A stretch of 64,000 bases of DNA, taken from the sequence record PQ287642.1. One strand, given 5' to 3'. The notes beneath the pieces are model-generated. The model saw only the letters and a program-made list of their open reading frames with translations. It was not told where the DNA came from and made no database searches. The translations under genes and the position numbers were made by a program. Position 1 is the stretch's first letter. Each line of letters opens with the position of its first letter. This document shows positions 36,354-44,512 of this stretch, piece after piece.

Positions 36354-37373
36354 TTACGCCACAACGGCTGGATCGAGTTTCCAAGAACCATTTTCGTCTT
36401 TGGTAAAACCAATGGCGTCCAGAAGTGCATGAATACCTTTAGCAGTAGCAAAGCCTGTATCATCCTCACCAGCAATGACAGCAGCTTCATCAACCTTAGT
36501 CGGAATATCCAGTTCAGGAAGCTGTTCTATTTTCAGTTTACCGTCCTCATCGAGATCTGCTTTCTTAGCAAGAGCATCAACCAGTCCAGTAACTTTATCG
36601 ATAGCAATACCTGCATCGATGATGACTTGTACTTCAGCGGCAGTTAGACCACCGATCTGAGCACCACCGACAGTAACGCCATCGTGAACATAAAGCTTCT
36701 TATTCTCAAGATCTACAAAGAACGTTCCTTCTTTGCCTGTCCAAGCTGCCGCTTCTAGAGCAGAGCCGCGACGATGTTGTAGAAGCAGTTCACTGACTTC
36801 TGTGGCACGCCCTTCATCGAACGATACTTCTTTACCATCTTCAGAAACAACTACACCGATTTGTTGTAGAGTGGACATAACCGCACTCGGTGCATCTTTG
36901 ATGTAAAGCTTTCGATCAAGTTCTTTCTTCTGCTGACGAGAAATAGGTTTATCAGCATCTGCTGTATTATCGACCTTATCTAAGTTTGCAAACGAAAGGT
37001 CAATTACTTTCCACTCTGGAAGACCTAGTTCATTTACAGTGAGTACCATACCAGCGTTTTCTGGAAGGATCTCAAATAGAGGATTGGTTGCAGAAACCCA
37101 TTGTTCTTCAGTGCCTTCATAACCCTGATCAACTGCGATTTGATACGCAGATTTTCCAACGAGTGTTTCTAACCATTCTTCTTCAGTACCGACAAAACCA
37201 GCTTTGACAGCGCCATCAAAAGCAGAAGCGCCTACACGTAATTTATCTGCGAGTACACGATAGTTCTTATAAGAACCTTCTGTATCGCGAGCAACAACCT
37301 CTACGAATTCCTGTCCGGTTAGACCAGACAGAAAATCGAGTTCAGAAACCTTTTTCTTTTCTTCAGCCATCAT
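36354..37373 (-). CDS. Fibre/decoration protein, N-terminal paralogue of 33718-36186, with an Mtd-N-like motif
   Basis: TGQEFVEV...GSYKNYR and two GKSAY repeats are shared with the adjacent gene. It also has DKVDNTADADKPIS and QHRRGS...WTGKEG..FVD.ENKKLYVHDGVTVGG. Confidence 0.7.
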   Translation of the reverse strand: MMAEEKKKVSELDFLSGLTGQEFVEVVARDTEGSYKNYRVLADKLRVGASAFDGAVKAGFVGTEEEWLETLVGKSAYQIAVDQGYEGTEEQWVSATNPLFEILPENAGMVLTVNELGLPEWKVIDLSFANLDKVDNTADADKPISRQQKKELDRKLYIKDAPSAVMSTLQQIGVVVSEDGKEVSFDEGRATEVSELLLQHRRGSALEAAAWTGKEGTFFVDLENKKLYVHDGVTVGGAQIGGLTAAEVQVIIDAGIAIDKVTGLVDALAKKADLDEDGKLKIEQLPELDIPTKVDEAAVIAGEDDTGFATAKGIHALLDAIGFTKDENGSWKLDPAVVA

Positions 37374-37504
37374 AGATGTCCTTCAGGATTGGCTGCGTTG
37401 CACATATTCTTTTAACCTGATAATACCACCTTCAAACCTGGGGAAGTATCAGGTTAACAAAATCCTTTTCTAAGTGTTACCACCGTTAAAAGAACAGGTG
37501 GACG

Positions 37505-38284
37505 CTATGCCCGATGTTTCGAAACTTTATCTTCGAACAGCTTGTAGATCTCTGCAAGGGTACGTGGTACACCTTTATTGCTAAAGATCGACGGGTTTGC
37601 TTTAGCAGGTTTCGGGAATAGAACTTCACCGAGAGTTTTCTGATCTGCGGATAGGAATTTCTTAGCGCCGCCAGCACCAAGGAAATGTGCCAAATACAAG
37701 TCTGTATCACTCGGTTCGCGATTGATTACTGGACGTAATACAGCTGCATTTCCTTTAAGGAATTCTGCACCCATTAATGCATTTGCACGTGGGTCTTTAC
37801 GGAGTGCCCTAGTGGGATCTTTAGGTAGCCCGTATTTGGAACCATGTGCTTTGATCATGTCATCCCATGTAGCATCAAGGAACTGGAACCAACCAGTAGC
37901 CGAAGATGTGGATGCTTTGACAGTGTAATCAAAAGCAGACTCAATGGAAGCGAATGTAGCGAGTAACCGAGGATCGGTACCAGTCATTGCTCCAACCGCA
38001 TTCAGAGTGGGCATTGCAGCCGACCGAGATTTATTGGCTGTTGGGAAAGGGATAGCTTCCCATTTAGCAGGAACAGTAGCGGATTTGGCTAGTTCAGCTA
38101 GAGTAGCAGGTCCAACTTTTCCGTCAACCACCAAAGCTTTAGAAGCTTGGAAATCACGAACAGCTTTCTCTGTATCTCCACCGAAGATTCCGTCAGCGCT
38201 AACTGCGTATCCTGCGACTCGAAGTTTCATTTGTAGATCTTCCACAGCAGAGCCGCGGTCGCCACGTTTGAGTACAGTACCCAT
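37505..38284 (-). CDS. Endolysin: N-terminal peptidoglycan-binding domain plus lytic transglycosylase (phiKZ gp144-like)
   Basis: LKRGDRG..V..LQ..L...GY....DGIFG..T..AV..FQ....L..DG.VG (PG_binding_1). Catalytic FASIESAF, SSATGWFQFL and DLYLAHFLG closely match recalled gp144. Confidence 0.95.
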   Translation of the reverse strand: MGTVLKRGDRGSAVEDLQMKLRVAGYAVSADGIFGGDTEKAVRDFQASKALVVDGKVGPATLAELAKSATVPAKWEAIPFPTANKSRSAAMPTLNAVGAMTGTDPRLLATFASIESAFDYTVKASTSSATGWFQFLDATWDDMIKAHGSKYGLPKDPTRALRKDPRANALMGAEFLKGNAAVLRPVINREPSDTDLYLAHFLGAGGAKKFLSADQKTLGEVLFPKPAKANPSIFSNKGVPRTLAEIYKLFEDKVSKHRA

Positions 38285-38301
38285 TTGTCTGTCTCCAGTA
38301 A

Positions 38302-38835
38302 TTAATGTTCCAGCTCACGAATCAAGCCGTCTTCCATTAGACGATAACCACCATCCTCAAGTAGACGTGCATATTGGTTACCTTCAACCATTTCGATCGT
38401 AACGATAGTCGAACCGAAGTAGGCGTAACTACCAGTCATTGCAACGAGTTCATATTCGAATACGTCGTCTTTGGTATTAATGACAGTGGTAGAGAAGGAT
38501 AGATCGTCCGGACCGAATGTCATCTTACGGGAACGGTTGATCTCTTCTGCGATGGCCGCAGGTGTAGCTACACCAGATAGTTTAATAGACGGATTAGGTC
38601 CAAGACAATCAGGGTGAGACAATTCCAGACGACGATAAACGAACCAGTCTTTTAGACTAGCTTTGTTATCGATCATCTCGATATAAGTACGCCCCGGAAC
38701 ACCAGAAGTAGGACTGAAGAACATATCTTCGAAGTTTACAAACTCGTCCTGAATATTCTTGTGTTTAGACGTTTCCCGAATCAAACGGCAAAGTGCCGCA
38801 CGAGACGGGAGGTTATAAGGAAAACGATCGCTCAT
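38302..38835 (-). CDS. Virion structural protein (gp143-like), YxRL-motif family
   Basis: GRTYIEM...WFVYRRLELS and SYAYFGS resemble the N-terminal domain of 19049, 56310 and 57198. Confidence 0.6.
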   Translation of the reverse strand: MSDRFPYNLPSRAALCRLIRETSKHKNIQDEFVNFEDMFFSPTSGVPGRTYIEMIDNKASLKDWFVYRRLELSHPDCLGPNPSIKLSGVATPAAIAEEINRSRKMTFGPDDLSFSTTVINTKDDVFEYELVAMTGSYAYFGSTIVTIEMVEGNQYARLLEDGGYRLMEDGLIRELEH

Positions 38836-38892
38836 TGTTAAACCCTCAATTGTGGTTTACAAAATTTACTTAACCCACATAGCATTATAAAA

Positions 38893-38914
38893 GCCCCTCC
38901 ACTTAAGGAGGGGC
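38893..38914 (-). terminator. GC hairpin after the holin-like gene
   Basis: GCCCCTCC-ACTTAA-GGAGGGGC, followed on - by TTTTAT. Confidence 0.65.
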
Positions 38915-38925
38915 TAATATTATTG

Positions 38926-39330
38926 TTACTGAGTAGAAATTACCATCTTAATGATTTCAATAAGACCCATACCTAAAGTTTTAAAGATATCGGCTACTTC
39001 TGAAGTCATTGGACCATCAGTGTTAATAACACTCATCACTACACCAGTGGACAGTATAGCTAACAAGGCACTTGCAGTTAAAATAGAACTGCGGTAAGTA
39101 TCACTAGCTCTAACACCAGTGTATTCTTTTTCGAGAAGCTTCGACTGCTTTTCAAGATCAGAAAGAGAATAGATCTCAGTTAATACTTCATCGGCAGTTG
39201 TATTCCCATTAACACGTGCACTACCATCTGCATGTAACATACCGTTCAAGTATGCTACGATTTGACGACAGTTAGGAGCTTTCGACAAAGGCTTATCGCC
39301 AAGGTCACTTAATATTTTTTCCAGAGTCAT
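38926..39330 (-). CDS. Putative holin-like membrane protein
   Basis: Start revised to ATG 39330 (RBS GGAGAG). Soluble N-terminal region, then two hydrophobic helices (ILTASALLAILSTGVVMSVI; IFKTLGMGLIEIIKMVIS). Lies between the spanins and the endolysin. Confidence 0.5.
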   Translation of the reverse strand: MTLEKILSDLGDKPLSKAPNCRQIVAYLNGMLHADGSARVNGNTTADEVLTEIYSLSDLEKQSKLLEKEYTGVRASDTYRSSILTASALLAILSTGVVMSVINTDGPMTSEVADIFKTLGMGLIEIIKMVISTQ

Positions 39331-39655
39331 AGCTTCTCTCCATCTCTGACTGTTTTTTATCCCAGTCACGGAGCTTCTCGATTTGCAAATTACACGAACC
39401 GAGATAGTCAGTCTGTAATAACCAGTGATCTGTCATCAATAGGAAACGAGCTTCCCATGGATCAGTGATCCCAGCTACTTTATACCGACTAGGTGCATTG
39501 ATGAGATCGTCAGCTGACGGTGGAGGAGCTACATAGCAAAGTTGAGTAAAGCTACTTGGTACCGCACTGCGGGTCCAGCCGCTTGGCTTTGCAGTAGTGC
39601 TCGTACATCCTATTAGCAAGGGTGATAAGAGCAACATCGTCAGTAACACTACCAT
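39305..39655 (-). CDS. o-spanin lipoprotein overlapping the i-spanin 3' end
   Basis: Start revised to ATG 39655 (or 39637). Signal MVVLLTMLLLSPLLIG-C, Pro patch LCYVAPPP, and C-terminal LGSCNLQIEKLRDW typical of Rz1-like o-spanins. Confidence 0.78.
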   Translation of the reverse strand: MVVLLTMLLLSPLLIGCTSTTAKPSGWTRSAVPSSFTQLCYVAPPPSADDLINAPSRYKVAGITDPWEARFLLMTDHWLLQTDYLGSCNLQIEKLRDWDKKQSEMERSYDSGKNIK

Positions 39656-40046
39656 TATCTTTAATGGCGGCGGTGGGATTCTTCCGAATAGATTCATCCC
39701 GAATTTTTTCCACAGGGATATTTTCTGTAGTAGGCCACTTGACCCCAGAATTCCCGGATAAGTTAATGTACTCATCAATCACTCCTGCTCGTGATTGTTC
39801 CAGCTCTCTCAGCTCATCGACTTTTTGAGTGGTATACTGAGTAACGGTTTCATCAGTGATGGCAGCTGACTTACCCTGCATTTCGACTTTGACTTCTAGT
39901 TGACCATTTTTCTCAACTAAACTGCCATTGTGTACAAGCTGATCAGTATACTGGTTATAGAAGAACAACAGTCCAAGCCCACCGGTAATAACTATACCGA
40001 TAAACACCCAATTAAACCACTTGATGTTTTTTAACCAGTTGAACAT
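39552..40046 (-). CDS. i-spanin
   Basis: N-terminal TM (WVFIGIVITGGLGLLFFY), coiled-coil periplasmic domain, C-terminal Cys. Its 3' end overlaps the out-of-frame lipoprotein gene. Confidence 0.75.
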   Translation of the reverse strand: MFNWLKNIKWFNWVFIGIVITGGLGLLFFYNQYTDQLVHNGSLVEKNGQLEVKVEMQGKSAAITDETVTQYTTQKVDELRELEQSRAGVIDEYINLSGNSGVKWPTTENIPVEKIRDESIRKNPTAAIKDNGSVTDDVALITLANRMYEHYCKAKRLDPQCGTK

Positions 40047-40058
40047 ACTACCTCACAT

Positions 40059-40625
40059 CTAGAACAACTGTGTAAGGAAATAGTAACCGATTGCTACTGC
40101 ATCGATGGAGTGTTCATCTAGTTGACTATGATCAACATCACCCCAAACAACGTCGGTTCTACTTACCAATGCACGACGTACGTCTTCTTTATCGGTACCT
40201 TTAATTTTCTTCATACCAACATTGGTTTTAACCGTTGTGGGGTCTACCATGTAAAGCGGTATAAATGGGTCATATTCAAAGAGAGCACTTCGTATAACGG
40301 CAACACATTCAACTAACGCAGCAAAGCTTGTAGCGAATCTACCGAAATAGTTAGATTCAACAATAACTGCATGTGGTCTATGTGTCCTTAAGAAGTCTAG
40401 TATCAAATCTCGCATGATCATTAATCGGACTACCCGACTACCATGCAATTCCCCGAACATTGAATAGTCCGGATGAGTATCTCTAAGAACAGAGGTATAG
40501 GCGGTTTTCACCGCCACACCTTCATTCTTAAAGCCATGTTCCAGCAGCGCTTGGCCCAAGTTAGACGAACCTGGGTCGAACGAAGCAACACGGAATGGTT
40601 CATCGCTTTCAGGCATCTGCAACAT
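40059..40625 (-). CDS. ruvC: RuvC-like Holliday junction resolvase
   Basis: VASFDPGSSNLG, VIVES, PTTVKTNVG, TDKEDVRRAL and DEHSIDAVAIG reproduce the RuvC acidic tetrad. Confidence 0.88.
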   Translation of the reverse strand: MLQMPESDEPFRVASFDPGSSNLGQALLEHGFKNEGVAVKTAYTSVLRDTHPDYSMFGELHGSRVVRLMIMRDLILDFLRTHRPHAVIVESNYFGRFATSFAALVECVAVIRSALFEYDPFIPLYMVDPTTVKTNVGMKKIKGTDKEDVRRALVSRTDVVWGDVDHSQLDEHSIDAVAIGYYFLTQLF

Positions 40626-40635
40626 AACCAAGTCC

Positions 40636-41532
40636 TTATACGAACTTAGCTACGTTTACTGCCTTGTCGCCAAGAGTAGGCTCAACGCCACCAATATCGA
40701 AGGTCAGATTAAGACCATTCGAGTTATAACCGATTGGATGGTTAGTAGCGATATGCACGTTAACTTGACAAGCGATTACTTCGAGATATTGGAACGATCC
40801 ACCGGTACCAGCTGGTGCGTCAACCTTACGGTCAACACCAGAGCAAAGACCAATCTCGGAAATAATCGGAGAGCGGGTCGAGGCAGTACGGATTCGATGC
40901 GCATTGGTGATCTCGATAATATCTTCAGCAGACAAACTTACCTTAACAATTGCACTAGCCGAGATATTAACGTTAGAACCGATAACTGTACCGTTGTTCG
41001 AAATAGCTGGCGGTACTGGGTTAAGATCATCAACAGTTGGTGTGTACGGTTTCGGTGTTGGAATACCATTAATTACTTCGATTTCCAGAAGCTGTGGTTG
41101 TACACCTGTAACGTTAATGCGCATTCCATAATAGGCAACGTAGTTTTTACCATTATGTTTTTCCGGAACACGTAAGCAGAACCGATCCCGTTGTGCGGCT
41201 GGAAGATCATCGGTTACTTCACGCAGTGCAAACGGAATATGGTTATAAAGTGCAGCATGGTTAGAACGGTGAATACGGTTTTCTACTTCATCGGAGCCAT
41301 CAGCGGCTTTGATTGTGTAGTGACCCATGTTACCAATTACCATATAACGCACGTTCGGAATTTCACCCGCTGCTGGAGTTACGCCATTTTGTACACCGAA
41401 CTTCTCATTCAGAGTTGTATGTGCAATCACACGGAACGGAGATAGACCGAGATATTTTGTAGTTTGCAGATAAGATGCATAGCACGTACGTACTACGTTG
41501 ATAATCTGCTGATCGATAGGGTTACTAGCCAT
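40636..41532 (-). CDS. Conserved virion/baseplate protein (phiKZ gp139-like)
   Basis: [33 protein letters not shown] and FDIGGVEP. Conserved position upstream of ruvC. Confidence 0.68.
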   Translation of the reverse strand: MASNPIDQQIINVVRTCYASYLQTTKYLGLSPFRVIAHTTLNEKFGVQNGVTPAAGEIPNVRYMVIGNMGHYTIKAADGSDEVENRIHRSNHAALYNHIPFALREVTDDLPAAQRDRFCLRVPEKHNGKNYVAYYGMRINVTGVQPQLLEIEVINGIPTPKPYTPTVDDLNPVPPAISNNGTVIGSNVNISASAIVKVSLSAEDIIEITNAHRIRTASTRSPIISEIGLCSGVDRKVDAPAGTGGSFQYLEVIACQVNVHIATNHPIGYNSNGLNLTFDIGGVEPTLGDKAVNVAKFV

Positions 41533-41589
41533 TCTTTTAATCCTTGACTTAGAAAGTTCATTGTACCATTGTGTAAGAATTTTTGGCTT

Positions 41590-41612
41590 GCCTCCCGTTA
41601 GGGAGGTTTATG
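41590..41612 (-). terminator. Stem-loop with TATG arm ending the tail-fibre/oxygenase operon
   Basis: GCCTCCC-GTTA-GGGAGGT-T-TATG, 3 nt after the stop at 41616. Confidence 0.62.
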
Positions 41613-41615
41613 CCG

Positions 41616-42104
41616 TTAGGTGTACTGTTGGAAGTCACCACGTATCATTACACATGCCCACAACTGACCATGGTCGGATTTAGGAATCGCGTGAACTGTA
41701 CTAAGGTTAAAGGCGATCTGTTCACCTTTACGAAGTTCGATCAAACGTCCATTAAGTTGAATGGCTTGTCTATCTTTTAATGCAGTTGCAACGATGGTAC
41801 CTGCACCAGTTTTATTGACCCACGTTGTCATCTGATCGAGGAAACCACGACCAGCTGGAATATCTAGGAACCAACCTTGAACAGCTTTATTTTGGATATC
41901 TTCACTAAAACCAACCTTGAAGATATCTCGTTGTTTAGATGTCCAATCAAACCACTTAGAATAGTTGTAAATACTCAGTGCTTTGGTTTTGTTCTTACCG
42001 ATACGGCAACGAGAGCCATACGAGTCTTTGTATTTAACCTTACGAGAGAGGTCTACTAAAGTAGTTACTTCCTCTTCGGTAAGGGGGTCGTAATGTTTAT
42101 ACAT
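41616..42104 (-). CDS. Degenerate 2OG-Fe(II)/cupin (DSBH) fold protein
   Basis: GFLDQM occupies the HxD position without His. GEQIAFNLSTVHAI keeps the distal His strand. Same size and pattern as the adjacent oxygenase. Confidence 0.5.
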   Translation of the reverse strand: MYKHYDPLTEEEVTTLVDLSRKVKYKDSYGSRCRIGKNKTKALSIYNYSKWFDWTSKQRDIFKVGFSEDIQNKAVQGWFLDIPAGRGFLDQMTTWVNKTGAGTIVATALKDRQAIQLNGRLIELRKGEQIAFNLSTVHAIPKSDHGQLWACVMIRGDFQQYT

Positions 42105-42111
42105 ATCTGTC

Positions 42112-42669
42112 CTACTCGTAGAGATAGATGAGAACGAAGCGTAGGTGTTTTACGGGTGGTACAGAATGCGGTGGTGTTTTAGCTGGAAAGATTACTGCTC
42201 TTCCAGGAACATCTGGGATGAACTCACCATTTAGGTCGAGTCCATCTCCATTATCACACAATGCAATCACCATATTAAATCGATACATTGCAATGTCGAT
42301 ATGCTCCGGCATACCAAAACCAACCTCGTACATATTGACACATGCTTCTTTGGGTTTTATCCCATTGATAGTTGGTGCAATTTCAAACAGATAATCGCTA
42401 AGTTCTTTTGGCATCTGACCATTACCAAGGAACCAGTAGTTTGCTTCCACTGTACCCTTGGTAGGGATACTATTTATCTTCTTGCGATTGTACCATCTTG
42501 CACGAGGTAGCGCTTTTAAGTACTCCACCAGTCTTTCACTAACTGGTTGCGAAAACACGACCGCCTTCGATGTTTCTTGGGCCAATGAGTTCATGGAGAC
42601 CGCCTTCGAAGGTAGCAGCTCGATCTTCGGCTTCTTGCTCATTGGTAATGTATTCGTAGTTGGGATCAT
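42112..42669 (-). CDS. 2OG-Fe(II)-dependent dioxygenase (AlkB/prolyl-hydroxylase-like); true start probably internal
   Basis: CVNMY, HxD (PEHID), G..VIFP, distal His (PPHSV) and Arg (LRFVL) form the full metal/2OG-binding set. The first 130 nt overlap the upstream gene. Confidence 0.8.
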   Translation of the reverse strand: MIPTTNTLPMSKKPKIELLPSKAVSMNSLAQETSKAVVFSQPVSERLVEYLKALPRARWYNRKKINSIPTKGTVEANYWFLGNGQMPKELSDYLFEIAPTINGIKPKEACVNMYEVGFGMPEHIDIAMYRFNMVIALCDNGDGLDLNGEFIPDVPGRAVIFPAKTPPHSVPPVKHLRFVLIYLYE

Positions 42670-43135
42670 TCTGATAGAACTCTTTGTGATTTCGACTAGT
42701 ATCTTTACAGAGTTTGATATAGTCTAGCATCTCACTAAGTTCAGTAAGTTCAAGACCGGTCTTCTCTGCAAGAGCCACGATTGCACGCCCAAGCACGTTT
42801 ACTTGTTCTACGACAGGATAACGTTGAGTGATCTTGTAAGCCATCTGGTTGTCCAGCTGTGCTTCATAGATCAGACGAGGACCTTCGTTCTCTCCAAGAA
42901 TAGAGTAGTTCTTTTCCCAGGTTCCATCGTCATTGATGGTGAGGTCACCGACAACTCGGTCACCATTAAACAGATCCATGTTGTCTTCAACATAGATCAC
43001 GTTTGGGTTATCTGGATCGCATTGATCGATAGTCATCGAAGTAGCAACGATGAACTTACCATTCAGACGGTTAAAACAAAGGACAACAGGTTTACGACCC
43101 TTTTCAGGTTCTGGTACATTATGAAAATCGAACAT
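42539..43135 (-). CDS. Putative tail-fibre assembly/chaperone-like protein
   Basis: 198-aa ORF directly after the fibre genes, with helical YKITQRYPVVEQVN...EMLDYI. Function inferred from position. Confidence 0.45.
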   Translation of the reverse strand: MFDFHNVPEPEKGRKPVVLCFNRLNGKFIVATSMTIDQCDPDNPNVIYVEDNMDLFNGDRVVGDLTINDDGTWEKNYSILGENEGPRLIYEAQLDNQMAYKITQRYPVVEQVNVLGRAIVALAEKTGLELTELSEMLDYIKLCKDTSRNHKEFYQNDPNYEYITNEQEAEDRAATFEGGLHELIGPRNIEGGRVFATS

Positions 43136-43147
43136 GTGTAATTTCCT

Positions 43148-44512
43148 TTAGACGATTCGAGTGAGACTACTACCGTTACGGCGCATTACAACCATTGTTG
43201 GCATTTTGCGACCATTGTTGAAGTCCAGCAAGTATTGAGCAAATCCATAACCACCATCAGCAATCTGCGAGATATTTGCCTGGAGAGCACTGATTGCAGC
43301 TTGAGCGCTAGCATAACGTCCACCAGCATAATAGTGCCCACGTGCATTAGCATTATAAGTCGCAAATAGATCACGGAAGTGAACGATTTGTCCATTACCC
43401 ATAATGCAGTAGTCAGACGGGATATTTGGACGACCTTGAGGATCAGTTCCAGTAGGAGGCCATGGAGTTGGGAAAGTCGTAACGAATTGCTTTAATTCAA
43501 AGCGAGTGATATTCCAAACGTTACTAGCATCTAGGTCAACTCGTGCAGGGAAATACAATTGTTCCCAACCAACCCCAGCCAACCGTTTAGATGTAAATGC
43601 GCGTTGTGTACGGTGAAGCCGTTGTGCATAAATAGCATCGATTTCAGCTTTACTGTACAAGTTCATGATCGCCAGTGTTAACCCATGAGGGTTATTTTGA
43701 TTACGAATGTGATCTGTAATCTTTGGAATCAAAATGGATTGGATCAGATTGAAAATACCACCAATCGGCATATACACATTGGTTAGGCTAGTATCTGTTG
43801 TCTGAGCTTTTGTAGCCATTGGCCAGTTGTTAATTTGCCCAAGCTTAATCTTTACCTTATCCGAAGAGTGCGGATTATTTTCATCGGTTATGTGAGCGTT
43901 CACACGGTTGATATAATTCTGCACGTCGTCTTTCGCAAGCTGAACGTAATATTTGTAATAATCCGTACCAGCCGCTAGAATTGCAGTTCGACCCACTGCC
44001 CATGCATCACCTAAACGGTTAATATTGACAACCGTGGATTCAAGACCATACAACTGCCAATATTTGTGCATGTGTTCTGATGGAGTATATGCAGTTGGTT
44101 TACCGATGATTTCTTCCCAAGTAAACTTAAGATTAGTCTCATCTATCTTCTCCATTAGTGCTTTAAGTTCTTTTACAGAAACACTAAAGAATCCACCTAC
44201 TGCATGATATTCCGCACGAACGACTGGTGTGACGGAGGCGTTGATGATAACAACGAGACCCATCACATTTTGACCAGTCATTTCAGAAAGCTTTTCGTAG
44301 TGATACGTTAGAACATAGTCTTTACCACGCACAAGAGCTTTACCAGTAGAGTCCCTCAGTACAAAGCCATTCGTATAGAAACCGCCATGGGTACAAACGA
44401 ATACGCGATGCTTCTTACCAGGAACTTGAATTAGAGTGTGTTCCTCACCTTTAATCCAGTTATCTGGATCTTCACCGGTAAGGTCAAGCTCAAGAAAAGT
44501 AATATCGTTCAT
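43148..44512 (-). CDS. Tail fibre/baseplate protein, gp131-135 family (gp135-like)
   Basis: Family N-terminus LDLTGEDPDNWIKGEEH, KPTAYTPSEHMH..WQLYG, and HITDENNPH / HIRNQNNPH repeats. Confidence 0.8.
   Translation of the reverse strand: MNDITFLELDLTGEDPDNWIKGEEHTLIQVPGKKHRVFVCTHGGFYTNGFVLRDSTGKALVRGKDYVLTYHYEKLSEMTGQNVMGLVVIINASVTPVVRAEYHAVGGFFSVSVKELKALMEKIDETNLKFTWEEIIGKPTAYTPSEHMHKYWQLYGLESTVVNINRLGDAWAVGRTAILAAGTDYYKYYVQLAKDDVQNYINRVNAHITDENNPHSSDKVKIKLGQINNWPMATKAQTTDTSLTNVYMPIGGIFNLIQSILIPKITDHIRNQNNPHGLTLAIMNLYSKAEIDAIYAQRLHRTQRAFTSKRLAGVGWEQLYFPARVDLDASNVWNITRFELKQFVTTFPTPWPPTGTDPQGRPNIPSDYCIMGNGQIVHFRDLFATYNANARGHYYAGGRYASAQAAISALQANISQIADGGYGFAQYLLDFNNGRKMPTMVVMRRNGSSLTRIV

Noticed and set aside
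42594-42669. N-terminal extension of the oxygenase ORF overlapping the upstream gene by 130 nt
   Set aside because: No RBS at 42669. The true start is probably a later ATG/GTG, so this is not evidence of a real dual-coding region.
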